Below are positions 9,991 through 19,923 of a DNA stretch of 64,000 bases, in pieces. Source of the stretch: Candidatus Pacebacteria bacterium GW2011_GWA1_46_10 (GTDB lineage Bacteria > Patescibacteriota > Microgenomatia > UBA1400 > PJMF01); the NCBI GenBank assembly GCA_001002135.1, contig LCLP01000002.1:2520-66519 (forward strand), in the 5' to 3' direction. Both the position numbers and the translations under genes were made by a program. Position 1 is the stretch's first letter; each line of letters starts with the position of its first letter. The notes beneath the pieces were generated by a model. That model saw nothing but the letters and a program-made list of their open reading frames with translations. It did not search any database and was not told the origin of the DNA.

Positions 9991-11211
9991 ATGAAAACGC
10001 TTTTATACCATTTGAAATATTGGTATCACTTCTTTAAAACTGGTCTGCTGAAGGGTTTGCCCGCTGCCATTCGTTATGGTTTTCCAACCCGTAAACTGAA
10101 GATTATTGCCATTACCGGCACTGACGGTAAAACCACCTCCTCTACCCTGATGTACGAGGTCCTGAAAGCAGCCGGCAAAAAGGCAGCCTTGCTGTCCACC
10201 GTCGCCGCCTACATCGGTACTGAGCAGATTGAAACAGGTTTCCACGTCACCAGCCCTGACGCTCATGACCTCCAAAAACTGATGGCCAAGATGGTGAAAC
10301 AAAAGATTAAGTATTTGGTATTGGAATTCACGTCGCATGGCGCTTACCAGCATCGGTTGTGGGGCATTAAACCGCTAATTGCCGGGGTGACTAACGTCAC
10401 CCATGAACACTTAGACTATCATTTGACCTATGAAAATTATGTCGAGGCCAAAGCCATGATCTTGGAGCGTGCCAAGATTGTGGTCCTCAACGAGGACGAT
10501 CAATCATTTCACCGTTTAAAAAAGTATCTCACCGACCATAATCGCGTCGTCACCTATTCGGTCGAAACACCACTGCCCAAAAAGATTCGTGACGCTGTTG
10601 AACCTAAGTTTCCAGAGCTTTACAACCAAATGAACGCTCGGCTGGTCACCAAGATCGCCACTCAACTGGGTATCAATCACCAAACTATCGCCCAAGGTAT
10701 TTGGAACTTCCAGGGCGTACCAGGACGCATGGAGTTTGTGCCTAATAAGCGCGGCCTTAAGATCGTCATCGATTTTGCTCATACCCCTAACGCGCTCGAG
10801 GAGGCGCTCAAAGCTCTGCGGCGTCATATGAAGACCAACCACCTGACTGGCCGCCTGATTGCTGTATATGGTGCGGCGGGCTTGCGCGACCTCACCAAGC
10901 GCCCGCTGATGGGGAAAGTTGGCGTGCAATATGCTGACTTGGTGGTTTTTACCGCCGAAGACCCCAGAACCGAGGATGTTTGGTCAATTATCCGCCAAAT
11001 GAAAGAACAACTGGTAGTTGGTCACAATCAAGTGGTGTCGCTTGGCGACCGAGAACAAGCCATTCATTTCGCGATTAACCACCTGGCGCGGCGCGGCGAC
11101 CTCGTCGCATTCTTTGGGAAAGGTCCAGAAAAGAGTATGTGTTATGGTACCACCGAGTTTCCATGGAGCGAGCGGGCAGTGGTCGAACAAGCCCTGGCTC
11201 AGAAAAAATAG
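9991..11211 (+). CDS. murE: UDP-N-acetylmuramyl-tripeptide synthetase
   Basis: ITGTDGKTT, EFTSHG, TNVTHEHLDYH, DFAHTP, EDPR, GKGPE. Confidence 0.92.
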   Translation: MKTLLYHLKYWYHFFKTGLLKGLPAAIRYGFPTRKLKIIAITGTDGKTTSSTLMYEVLKAAGKKAALLSTVAAYIGTEQIETGFHVTSPDAHDLQKLMAKMVKQKIKYLVLEFTSHGAYQHRLWGIKPLIAGVTNVTHEHLDYHLTYENYVEAKAMILERAKIVVLNEDDQSFHRLKKYLTDHNRVVTYSVETPLPKKIRDAVEPKFPELYNQMNARLVTKIATQLGINHQTIAQGIWNFQGVPGRMEFVPNKRGLKIVIDFAHTPNALEEALKALRRHMKTNHLTGRLIAVYGAAGLRDLTKRPLMGKVGVQYADLVVFTAEDPRTEDVWSIIRQMKEQLVVGHNQVVSLGDREQAIHFAINHLARRGDLVAFFGKGPEKSMCYGTTEFPWSERAVVEQALAQKK

Positions 11212-11215
11212 CGGT

Positions 11216-12637
11216 ATGGAACTTTTGCATTTTAATTCTTTTTACTTGGTCGGCATCAAGGGGGTGGCGATGACGTCACTGGCCCAATTGTTGTTGGATG
11301 CCGACAAACAGGTGCAAGGGAGTGATACACCAGAAGATTTCCCGACCAAAATCCAACTTGACCGGCTCCAACTTTACCCTGATACACAATTCAAAACCCC
11401 ACTGCCAAGCACTATCGATTGTGTCATTTACACCGGCGCTCATAATGGTGGCAACAACCCACAAGTCAAATGGGCTAAAAAGCATCACATCCCGACTATT
11501 ACTCACGCTCAAGCGCTGGCGTACTTTTTTAACCAAAAGCGGGGAATAGCGGTGTGTGGGGTGGGCGGCAAATCCACGGTCGCGGCCATGATTACCTGGA
11601 TCTTGCACTCGCAACAGCTCAATCCGTCTTTTTCGGTGGGGGTGGGCAACATTCCTGGACTTGAGAAAACCGGCGCCTGGACGGACTCCAAATACTTTGT
11701 AGCGGAGGCAGATGAATACGTCGAAGATCCCACAATTAAAACAAAAGAAATTGTCCCTCGCTTTTCCTATCTCAAACCGTTTATCACGGTCTGTCCCAAT
11801 TTACGTTTTGACCACCCGGATGTGTACCGGAATTTTGAGCAGACTAAACAAGTTTTTGGCCAGTTCTTCACCCAAACTGATCCGGCTGGTGGTTTGATTG
11901 TCAATGGCGATGACCCAGTCCTGGTTAAACTGGCCAAGCAAGCTCATCCTCACGTACTCACCTTCGGCGAGAGCCATCATGTTGATTTCAGGTTGACCAA
12001 CTATCAATCACAGACTGGTCAAACGACGAGTACTTTTGAATATCAAGGCAAAACATACCAATTTACCCTCCACCTTCCCGGTAAATTCAATGCGCTCAAC
12101 GCCCTGGCTGCGATCGCCGCCACTAGTTTGACTGATTCACAAATCTTGAGCGACCACAACCTCAGTAAGTTCCGTTCCACTGCTCGCCGGTTTGAAAACA
12201 TTGGTGTTATTCACGGCGTGCAATGCTACGACGACTACGCCCATCATCCCCATGAGATCAAAGCCGCCATCGCGGCGCTCAACGAATGGTACCCCAAACA
12301 GCGTAAAGTGATTGCCTTCCAGTCTCACACCTACTCACGCACCAAACAACTTTTTGACGAGTTTGTCGACTCCTTCGCCGACGCCAAAGAAGTGGTGATG
12401 ACCGACATCTTTTCCTCCGCCCGTGAACAAAGTGATCCGACCATCTCTAGCACCAAGCTTTGTGAAGCAATCGAGAAAAAATATTCTCAGACCAAAGCGC
12501 AAAACCTGAAAACCAATAAAAAATTGGCCAACTATTTCAAAAAAGAGTTAAAACCCGGTGATATTTTCCTCACCCTTGGCGCAGGGGATATCTATGAAGT
12601 GTATCAGCTGTTAAATGAGGTTATTCTCAGCTTGTGA
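11216..12637 (+). CDS. murC: UDP-N-acetylmuramate--L-alanine ligase
   Basis: GIKGVAM, GGKST, EADEY, DHPD, DDYAHHP, FQSHTYSRT, LGAGD. Confidence 0.93.
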   Translation: MELLHFNSFYLVGIKGVAMTSLAQLLLDADKQVQGSDTPEDFPTKIQLDRLQLYPDTQFKTPLPSTIDCVIYTGAHNGGNNPQVKWAKKHHIPTITHAQALAYFFNQKRGIAVCGVGGKSTVAAMITWILHSQQLNPSFSVGVGNIPGLEKTGAWTDSKYFVAEADEYVEDPTIKTKEIVPRFSYLKPFITVCPNLRFDHPDVYRNFEQTKQVFGQFFTQTDPAGGLIVNGDDPVLVKLAKQAHPHVLTFGESHHVDFRLTNYQSQTGQTTSTFEYQGKTYQFTLHLPGKFNALNALAAIAATSLTDSQILSDHNLSKFRSTARRFENIGVIHGVQCYDDYAHHPHEIKAAIAALNEWYPKQRKVIAFQSHTYSRTKQLFDEFVDSFADAKEVVMTDIFSSAREQSDPTISSTKLCEAIEKKYSQTKAQNLKTNKKLANYFKKELKPGDIFLTLGAGDIYEVYQLLNEVILSL

Positions 12638-12883
12638 AATCGTCATTACTACTTCTCTTCCATGCATGTCTTCTAAAATTATTTCACTGTCTAAACCATC
12701 AGCTCCTTTTCGATTCACCGCTTTTATCACCCCACTCTCCCATGCTCCACCAAAATAACGAATAAATCTAACTTCCTTACCAATTTTTCTTTCGTAAGCA
12801 CTAAGCCGGTATGCCCGTTCTATCCTCTTTTTTTCTTTCTTTTCTTCTCGTCTAGATTTTAACTCACCTAAAAACTCTCTCAT
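12611..12883 (-). CDS. hypothetical protein
   Basis: 90-aa AT-rich ORF convergent on murC. Confidence 0.5.
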   Translation of the reverse strand: MREFLGELKSRREEKKEKKRIERAYRLSAYERKIGKEVRFIRYFGGAWESGVIKAVNRKGADGLDSEIILEDMHGREVVMTISQAENNLI

Positions 12884-13006
12884 AAAGGCCTTGTTTTACT
12901 ACTTAATAGATCACGCTACATTATATCATTGTGCTTGATGCATGAAGCCCCACTGATGTGCTACAGTAAAATCATGTTCAATATGTTCAAGAGGAGTAGT
13001 AAAGTT

Positions 13007-14197
13007 ATGTTCAAAAGAAGGCGAAAGCTGCTGCCTGCGCTTTTACTGCTTATTTTTAGTCTGACTGGTTTAATTATTGCCTATCAACTGGTGGCTAAAT
13101 CACCTATTTTTACCACTTCTCGAGCCGCGGAAGGTTTGACCGAATACAACAATATTATCTATGGCTCTGCCATCGCTTACACTGGTGGGCGCGTTAACCT
13201 CAAGATGGACATTTATGTCCCCAAGCAGGCCACCGCTACCAATAGACTGCCAGTTGTAATTTACCTTCCCGGAGGCAGTTTTAAGGCTGCCCCCCGAAGT
13301 TGGGTACAACCAAGCGCCATGGAGTTGGCCCAATCAGGTTATGTCACGGCCGCAGTTGAATACCGCGTCCGTCCAGAAGAAACCGTCAGTTATGCCGCCC
13401 CTGATAAAGCTTTGCCAGTAATTCTTGATGCCCAACATGATGTCCAGGCTGCTGTCAGGTTCTTACGTGCCAACGCCGATAAATACAACCTCGACCCGAA
13501 CAGAGTTGGAGTAGTTGGTATTTCCGCTGGAGCGATCACCGCCCTTTATGTCGGTTATAACTATGAAGATCCCGGTGACTCTGGTAACCCTGGTTATTCT
13601 TCACGCGTGCAGGCAGTGGTCAGTATTGCCGGCGCGATGATCCAGCCAGAAAATTACATGGCTTCCGGCGACCCACCACTCTTAATGTTTCACGGTGAAA
13701 AGGACGGAGCCGTCCCATTTGCGATGGCTGAAAAAACCCGTGACGCTGCGAAGAATGTCGGCATTCCAGTCAAGTTTATTTCGTTCCCTAACCAACAACA
13801 CGTGATTTGGAACAACAAAGAAATTGAGCCAAATACTAATAATTTCCTCAAGCAGTACCTCAAGGATGTCTCAGCCACTCCATTGCCTTCTCCTTCACCC
13901 CAACCGTCACCAACCGGCGATAACACCAAACCAACAGAGGAAAACACTCCTCCCAACCAAAACACGGCTGGCCAAACACATTCCGTACAAAAACCAGGCG
14001 GTAAAACCCAAACAGAAAACCTGCTTTGTAGTCTCACCAATGGCTACTTACAAGCCAAAGGCCAACTGACGGAAGAGGAGCTAAAACAGCTAGATCACTT
14101 GATCGCAAAATACCACAACTTAAGTATTTTAGCTGAACTTGGTATCAGCAGTGCTGATGATCTGATGGTCTATTACCAGCAAAACTGCATTAATTAA
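13007..14197 (+). CDS. membrane-anchored alpha/beta hydrolase (esterase/lipase)
   Basis: N-terminal TM, PGGSF oxyanion, GISAG nucleophile elbow, HGEKD, H; Pro/Thr linker; GAGGAG SD before 13007. Confidence 0.85.
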   Translation: MFKRRRKLLPALLLLIFSLTGLIIAYQLVAKSPIFTTSRAAEGLTEYNNIIYGSAIAYTGGRVNLKMDIYVPKQATATNRLPVVIYLPGGSFKAAPRSWVQPSAMELAQSGYVTAAVEYRVRPEETVSYAAPDKALPVILDAQHDVQAAVRFLRANADKYNLDPNRVGVVGISAGAITALYVGYNYEDPGDSGNPGYSSRVQAVVSIAGAMIQPENYMASGDPPLLMFHGEKDGAVPFAMAEKTRDAAKNVGIPVKFISFPNQQHVIWNNKEIEPNTNNFLKQYLKDVSATPLPSPSPQPSPTGDNTKPTEENTPPNQNTAGQTHSVQKPGGKTQTENLLCSLTNGYLQAKGQLTEEELKQLDHLIAKYHNLSILAELGISSADDLMVYYQQNCIN

Positions 14198-14251
14198 GCT
14201 TAACTCACAATGTGTTAAGGTTTACGAAAAAGTTAGAACCGAATTTCAAAA

Positions 14252-14578
14252 TTATTCGTTTTCTATTGAAACCCTGAGGTACTCTAGAGCGTTAGTGTAC
14301 TCTTTTGTTGTTTTTGCACCATCCAACCTATTCCAGCATTCCTGATAATAAGGACCTGTGTCATCCTCATCCTCGAAGAATCTTTGCTCTGAATAATGTG
14401 ATTTCATACTCTCTATGGCCAAAACTATCTTAGGAAGATGTTTAAAAAGTTGTTCTTCAGTTAAAGGATGGCGGCCCCCAGCGCACTCTTGTAAGAGTCC
14501 CATAACTTCAACTTTACTGACAGGTCTTACTTGGTTTGTGCCTTCAACCTCTGTTGGAGTTTCTACTGACCCCGACAT
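14252..14578 (-). CDS. hypothetical protein
   Basis: 108-aa acidic ORF with G-rich SD-like upstream sequence. Confidence 0.55.
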   Translation of the reverse strand: MSGSVETPTEVEGTNQVRPVSKVEVMGLLQECAGGRHPLTEEQLFKHLPKIVLAIESMKSHYSEQRFFEDEDDTGPYYQECWNRLDGAKTTKEYTNALEYLRVSIENE

Positions 14579-14753
14579 AGTCCCACCCCCTTTCTTGTGC
14601 AGAGATTATTTTAGCACTTAAGTCAAGGTTTAAGACCTAAAAATCAACGAAAAACTGGTAGATTATTTCAAAAAGAATCTAAAAACCCGATGACACTCTC
14701 CTCGCCCTCGACGCAGGAATATTTATGAAAAATTATTCCTAAATAATTTATTG

Positions 14754-14827
14754 TCGGGGAGACAGGACTCGAACCTGCGACCTCACGGTCCCAAACCGCG
14801 CACTCTAGCCATCTGAGCTACTCCCCG
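14754..14827 (-). tRNA. tRNA-Pro (TGG)
   Basis: Reverse complement CGGGGAGTAGCTCAG...CGCGG-TT TGG GA-CCGTG...GGTTCGAGTCC..CTCCCCGA. Confidence 0.95.
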
Positions 14828-14831
14828 AATG

Positions 14832-14915
14832 TGCCGCGGGTGGGGGTCGAACCCACACTCTGTTGCCAGAACAAGATTTTAAGTCTTGCGTGTATACCGA
14901 TTTCACCACCGCGGC
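14832..14915 (-). tRNA. tRNA-Leu (TAA)
   Basis: GCCGCGG/CCGCGGC acceptor, CAAGA-CT TAA AA-TCTTG, long variable arm. Confidence 0.95.
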
Positions 14916-14966
14916 GTCACATTTCCAGATATGGACAACAAAAAGATTATATCACCAAACAAGTGG

Positions 14967-15416
14967 TTACTGAGATTTTTTCGGGAGCAAACCAAACTTT
15001 TTCGGGTAGGCCAACTGGAGAGTGAGAATAAACTCCGCAATCATCACCGCCTGGCAGGCCAGACAAACCGGACAAAGCACCTGCTCCACGAAGATTTCTA
15101 GGAAGGTAATGCGCAAACAAAACAACATGCCGAACGTGGCCATGAAAAAGGCCCATTTAAATCGTTTAAAAAACGCCGTGATAAAAATCACGAGGTAACC
15201 AACCAAACCGATCAAGGCCACCGGCATACCAAATAACTCTGATAAAGAACCGGTGGTGACGGGTCCACAACTAAAAACCGAGTTAATGTCACAGACCCCG
15301 ATATTCCGCTTGGTGTAGTATTCATAATACAAGTAGAGCGCCAATAAAATCCCCACTAAAGCTAGGTTCATCACCCACCAACGATACCTCACTAAGATTG
15401 GATCACTTTTCTTCAC
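14967..15416 (-). CDS. vitamin K epoxide reductase (VKOR) family protein
   Basis: CDINSVFSC..V..GS, FGMPVALIG, C-terminal CPVC. Confidence 0.9.
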   Translation of the reverse strand: MKKSDPILVRYRWWVMNLALVGILLALYLYYEYYTKRNIGVCDINSVFSCGPVTTGSLSELFGMPVALIGLVGYLVIFITAFFKRFKWAFFMATFGMLFCLRITFLEIFVEQVLCPVCLACQAVMIAEFILTLQLAYPKKFGLLPKKSQ

Positions 15417-15476
15417 AAATGAAGATTATTCTCCGAAGTTACGGTTTCTGCAAGAGAGTAACGAGAAACTAATAGT

Positions 15477-16838
15477 GTGAATGATCCACAACAAATCCTA
15501 AAACAATACTTCGGTTACGATACTTTTCGCCCACCGCAAGAATCAATTATTCAACATATTTTGGTGGGGGATCGCACACTCGCATTACTACCCACCGGGC
15601 AGGGCAAGTCGGTTTGTTACCAAATACCAGGACTGGTATCTCACGGCTTGACTATTGTGATTTCCCCCCTCATTGCGCTAATGAAAGACCAAGTTGATGC
15701 TCTTCATCACCGTGGGATCACCGCTCATTACGTCAACAGCACTCTGAGTAAAACAGAAATTGCCGCCAAATACGAAGACATTCGGCGCGGCCACTGTCGA
15801 TTCCTGTACGTGGCCCCCGAACGACTGCTGACCAAACCATTCTTAAAACTGATGCAAGCTCAATCACCCCAATTCGTCGCTGTCGACGAGGCCCACTGTT
15901 ACTCCACTTGGGGGCATGATTTCCGGCCGCATTACCGCGACATCCCGCGTTTTATCAGTAAGCTACCAACCGAACCAAAACTGGCACTCTTTACCGCCAC
16001 TGCCTCGAAAGCAGTAGTAGAGGATCTACAACAATCGTTTGGCGTTTCCACGAAACATACCTACCGTGGGAACTTTTTCCGCCATAATTTGTTTATCACC
16101 ACCCGCACCTTTGAACTGCGCTCACAGCGTTTTTTATATCTGGTTTACCTCTTGCGCCACGTTCATGCTGACCAAGTGGGTCTGATTTATGTGGCCACCC
16201 GAGAACAGGCCGAGATGTTGTATCAAGCGCTCAAACGACTCGATTTTGACCACCGGTTAGCCATTGACTACTATCATGCCGGCCGAACCAACCAAGAAAA
16301 AACCAAGATCCAAGAAAAATTTATCAATGACCAGCTGAAAATCGTCATTGCCACCAACGCTTTTGGCATGGGCATTGATAAGGACAATATCCGCTTTGTT
16401 ATTCACTGCCAAATGCCAGGTAGCTTGGAGAACTACGTTCAAGAAATCGGCCGAGCGGGCAGAGATGGTGAACTGAGTTGGTGTGAACTGTTATTTCATC
16501 CTTCGGATGTCCGGATTCATCAGCAACTTCAAGCAGGTAAAAAGGGTCAGCAGCGGGGACGGCGCTCACTACAGACCATGCTTGAATACCTAGAGAGTGA
16601 GCAGTGCCACCATCAGAAAATCCTAGCTTATTTCCAAGATCCGCAACGCTTCCCGCATGGCTGCCGCCGCTGCCAGCACTGTGCCCCATACTCCCAGCCA
16701 TTCCTTCACCAAATGCGTCTAGCCTTGCAAGATAAGCCAACTTTCCCGACCTTTATCGCCCAACAACAATATATACTGACTCAAAATCGAACACAAAATT
16801 GGTCCAAACTGATTGGCGTAGGCCTGGGAATGGTATAA
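15477..16838 (+). CDS. recQ: RecQ-family DNA helicase (short form)
   Basis: LPTGQGKS, SPLIALMKDQV, DEAHC..WGHDFRP, ATNAFGMGID, QEIGRAGRDG, Zn-binding cysteines. Confidence 0.92.
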   Translation: MNDPQQILKQYFGYDTFRPPQESIIQHILVGDRTLALLPTGQGKSVCYQIPGLVSHGLTIVISPLIALMKDQVDALHHRGITAHYVNSTLSKTEIAAKYEDIRRGHCRFLYVAPERLLTKPFLKLMQAQSPQFVAVDEAHCYSTWGHDFRPHYRDIPRFISKLPTEPKLALFTATASKAVVEDLQQSFGVSTKHTYRGNFFRHNLFITTRTFELRSQRFLYLVYLLRHVHADQVGLIYVATREQAEMLYQALKRLDFDHRLAIDYYHAGRTNQEKTKIQEKFINDQLKIVIATNAFGMGIDKDNIRFVIHCQMPGSLENYVQEIGRAGRDGELSWCELLFHPSDVRIHQQLQAGKKGQQRGRRSLQTMLEYLESEQCHHQKILAYFQDPQRFPHGCRRCQHCAPYSQPFLHQMRLALQDKPTFPTFIAQQQYILTQNRTQNWSKLIGVGLGMV

Positions 16839-16847
16839 TACCAACCC

Positions 16848-17207
16848 ATGAGTGATCAAAAAATGACCTTGGTGGAGTTGGTAGAAAAATACCGCTCAAT
16901 TGCCGACTTTCTCAACACCCACTGGCCGCTGAAAGACAAACAACAGCAAACCTTTGCCCGCATCATGAAGTTGGTGGAAGAGCTCGGGGAATTATCCGAT
17001 GAAATTCTGACCAGCATGAATCTGGCGCGTGATTCCAAAATCGCCAAGTTTAGCCAGGAAAACATGCAGGATGAGTTCGCCGACGTCTTGGCTTCACTCA
17101 TTTTGCTGGCCATAGAACTGGACATCGATGTCGAGAAAGTGATGCGCAAAAAGATCACCTTTACCCGCGAGCGCTTTGGCATGGATTCCAAGCGCAGCAT
17201 GGTCTAA
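16848..17207 (+). CDS. MazG-like nucleotide pyrophosphohydrolase
   Basis: KLVEELGEL...DEFADVL motif. Confidence 0.85.
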   Translation: MSDQKMTLVELVEKYRSIADFLNTHWPLKDKQQQTFARIMKLVEELGELSDEILTSMNLARDSKIAKFSQENMQDEFADVLASLILLAIELDIDVEKVMRKKITFTRERFGMDSKRSMV

Positions 17208-19024
17208 AGCCCCATGTGTTGATAGAGTTGCCCGTCTGAAAAACCTTTTTTGCGATAGTATTCTCTCGTGCCGATCGCCGAGATCACCGACAATCGCTTG
17301 AAACCCTGTTTCCTGGCCCGCTTCTTGGCTTCAGCCATCAACCTGGTACCAAGACCAAGGTGTTGGGCGTGTTTTTTAGCCTTAGCACCAATCTTGAGGG
17401 CCGGACCATAGACGTGGACTTCACGAATGATGGCGCTACCCTTGAGTTCGTCAATAAAGCCTGGTTGCTTAGGGAGGCTCAAGCGCAGGAAAGCGAGTAA
17501 CTTCTCACCCCTGGCGGTGGGCACCACGTATTGCAGAAACTGCTCTTCAGCTACGCTGGTCTGGTAGGTAACGGTTTTCAGCTTGATGTATTTCGGGTCA
17601 AATTTCTCCCCTCGAATTTCCCGGGCACGAATGTCATGCGAGTGCTGGCCAAGTTTCTCCAAGTGTGCTTCAGCAATCTGGCGGAAATTAGTTTTTTTGT
17701 TGCCTACCACAATATCAGTCGAGGGAATATCCCGAATCACTCGAGTGAGGCGGCAATAGGGCGAGGTAGCCAACAGTACGTGCGATAGAACGTCGAGCAA
17801 CTGCTGGTGGGTATACGGCTGCCATTTACCTGCCTGGTAATACTGCATTAACTCGGCGCTTTCGATCAGTGAACAGGGGTAAATCTTCAGTTCATCCGGG
17901 TGAAAATCAGGATCACTAAACAAGAGTTCGTAGTCCTTTTTATCGAGTGCTGGATCAGAACCGTAGAGATTGGCCATCCAGTGGGCGTGAATTTTAAAAC
18001 CGGCCTGACGCAGGAGCTTAAAGGCGTGCCGAGTGGCCGCTACATCATGGCCGCGGTGATTTTTCGCCAGGACCGAATCCTGCAGACTTTGCACCCCAAT
18101 TTGAGTCTTGGTACAGCCCAGTTTGCGCACGCGAATAACTTCCTCTTTGGAAATATTATCCGGCCGAGTCTCGATTACCAAACCAACGTTACGCACTTCG
18201 CCGGTTTCATTGATTTTTTGTTGAGCGGTCAACTCATCCCAAGTGGCGCTTTGGTATCTATCCAAACCAAGTTTTCGTTCCGGAGCTGTGTAAACTTCGG
18301 ACACCACTTGGTTATAGCGTTTGGTTAATTCTTCACCATGCACTTGCAATTTCTCGAAACGCTTAGCGTTTTCCTTGGGATCATCTGTTAAATACAATTG
18401 CTCTCGCGCCTCAAACTCGTGCTGTTTCTGGCGATAATACGAGCGAACTTTTGTCCGGTCGTCTCTGAAACCAAACTCATTCAAAGCGCGGAAACACTCT
18501 TTAATAAACCAGATTTGATAGCTTTCCGGGTAATATGACCAGGTGCCGCCGAGAATAATCAGTTCCACTTTATCGACGGGGTGACCCATCACAGAGAGGG
18601 CGTTGAGACGGTTGTACGTCTGCAAATATGGGTCAAAGTAGTTGCGCTCTGCCCGCTGGGCGCCCGGCTCATCACTCATGTAGGACTTGGGCATGCGGAT
18701 GTCATTGGGGCAGAAAATACACTTGCCAGGGCAGGGAAAAGGCTTAGTCAGCACCGTCACCGGCGCCACCCCGGAAATGGTACGGGTAGGCTTCATCATG
18801 ATTTTTTTGACCAAGGCTTCGTTGTAGGGTTTCAAGCCGTGGGTGCCGGCCAGTTGTTTGTAAGCTGTAATCAAGTCGGTTTTAGAAAGGAGAGTTTGAT
18901 TGGAAAGCGGTGAACGCTTAATCAACTTTTGCAACAACTGACCATCCACGTGTTTGGCTTGCTCCAGCGCTTTCCAAACAGTCAACACCTCTTTCAGATG
19001 GTCGGTATAATAAAACGGTTTCAT
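17204..19024 (-). CDS. elp3: Elp3-family tRNA U34 carboxymethylase (radical SAM + KAT)
   Basis: PTRTISGVAPV, CPGKCIFCP, PKSY..EP, LGGTW, IETRPD, LKIYP, R..RDIP, IREVHVYG, QHLGLG..LM..A, ISAIGTREYYRK.G. Confidence 0.93.
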   Translation of the reverse strand: MKPFYYTDHLKEVLTVWKALEQAKHVDGQLLQKLIKRSPLSNQTLLSKTDLITAYKQLAGTHGLKPYNEALVKKIMMKPTRTISGVAPVTVLTKPFPCPGKCIFCPNDIRMPKSYMSDEPGAQRAERNYFDPYLQTYNRLNALSVMGHPVDKVELIILGGTWSYYPESYQIWFIKECFRALNEFGFRDDRTKVRSYYRQKQHEFEAREQLYLTDDPKENAKRFEKLQVHGEELTKRYNQVVSEVYTAPERKLGLDRYQSATWDELTAQQKINETGEVRNVGLVIETRPDNISKEEVIRVRKLGCTKTQIGVQSLQDSVLAKNHRGHDVAATRHAFKLLRQAGFKIHAHWMANLYGSDPALDKKDYELLFSDPDFHPDELKIYPCSLIESAELMQYYQAGKWQPYTHQQLLDVLSHVLLATSPYCRLTRVIRDIPSTDIVVGNKKTNFRQIAEAHLEKLGQHSHDIRAREIRGEKFDPKYIKLKTVTYQTSVAEEQFLQYVVPTARGEKLLAFLRLSLPKQPGFIDELKGSAIIREVHVYGPALKIGAKAKKHAQHLGLGTRLMAEAKKRARKQGFKRLSVISAIGTREYYRKKGFSDGQLYQHMGL

Positions 19025-19046
19025 ACTTTGAAGCCAGATTATAGCA

Positions 19047-19808
19047 ATGAAAGTCTCCACTATCCGTCAACTCAACGAATTCAACGCTAAGTTTTACCAA
19101 CTGACAGCGGAGGAATTCAGTAAAACTCGGGGTTTTTACTGGCAAGGGTGGAAAGAGTTACTGCCAATACTTCAACCGGTGGTCAAGGAAAAATCGCAGT
19201 TTAAAGTCCTGGACGTTGGCTGTGGCAACGGGCGTTTTGGGGAGTTTCTCTTTCGCCAGGTCGCCAAGAAAAAGCTCGTTTACCATGGTTTGGATAATAG
19301 CCAATCACTCTTGGCTACCGCGCAAAAAAAATTAGCGCCCCTCAAATTTGAAAAAGAATTTTTTACCGTTGATGTCGTTGAATCATTGCTCGATCAATCA
19401 TTAGAAAACAAACTACCACACAAAAAGTATCATTTGACCACGCTGTTTGGTGTCCTGCACCATATTCCCTCCACTAAACTGCGCCAAGAATTGATCAAAA
19501 CTCTTAGCAACTCCTTGACTTCAGGGGGACTGCTGGTGATGACTGCTTGGCAATTCCTCAATGACGAGCGCTTGGCCAAAAAGCAAATTCACCCCAGCAT
19601 CGTACAGATCGACCCTGAGGAACTGGAGTCAAACGACTTTATCCTTGATTGGCAAAGGGGCCTCACTGCGTACCGGTATTGTCATTTCACTGATGATCAA
19701 GAGATGGAGGAGTTAGTAAAAAACACAGACTTGAAATTTTTGAAACGTTACAGTGCCGATGGGAAAGCCGGCAATCTCAATGCTTACATTATCTTACAGA
19801 AGCCTTGA
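19047..19808 (+). CDS. Trm9/ALKBH8-like tRNA cm5U34 methyltransferase (class I SAM MTase)
   Basis: FY...AEEFSKTR..YW, DVGCGNGRF, GVLHHIPST..R, GG..VMTAW, DFILDW, YRYCH, N..IILQK follow the Trm9 motif order. Confidence 0.75.
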   Translation: MKVSTIRQLNEFNAKFYQLTAEEFSKTRGFYWQGWKELLPILQPVVKEKSQFKVLDVGCGNGRFGEFLFRQVAKKKLVYHGLDNSQSLLATAQKKLAPLKFEKEFFTVDVVESLLDQSLENKLPHKKYHLTTLFGVLHHIPSTKLRQELIKTLSNSLTSGGLLVMTAWQFLNDERLAKKQIHPSIVQIDPEELESNDFILDWQRGLTAYRYCHFTDDQEMEELVKNTDLKFLKRYSADGKAGNLNAYIILQKP

Positions 19809-19849
19809 AAGACACCCTGTTTCCAGATAAAATTGCGCCGTCCAACATT

Positions 19850-19920
19850 TGCCCGATCGTCTAATGGCAGGACAGCGGCCTTTGAAGCCGTGAATCTAGG
19901 TTCGAATCCTAGTCGGGCAT
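19850..19920 (+). tRNA. tRNA-Gln (TTG)
   Basis: TGCCCGA/TCGGGCA acceptor; GCGGC-CT TTG AA-GCCGT; GGTTCGAATCC. Confidence 0.95.
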
Positions 19921-19923
19921 CAA

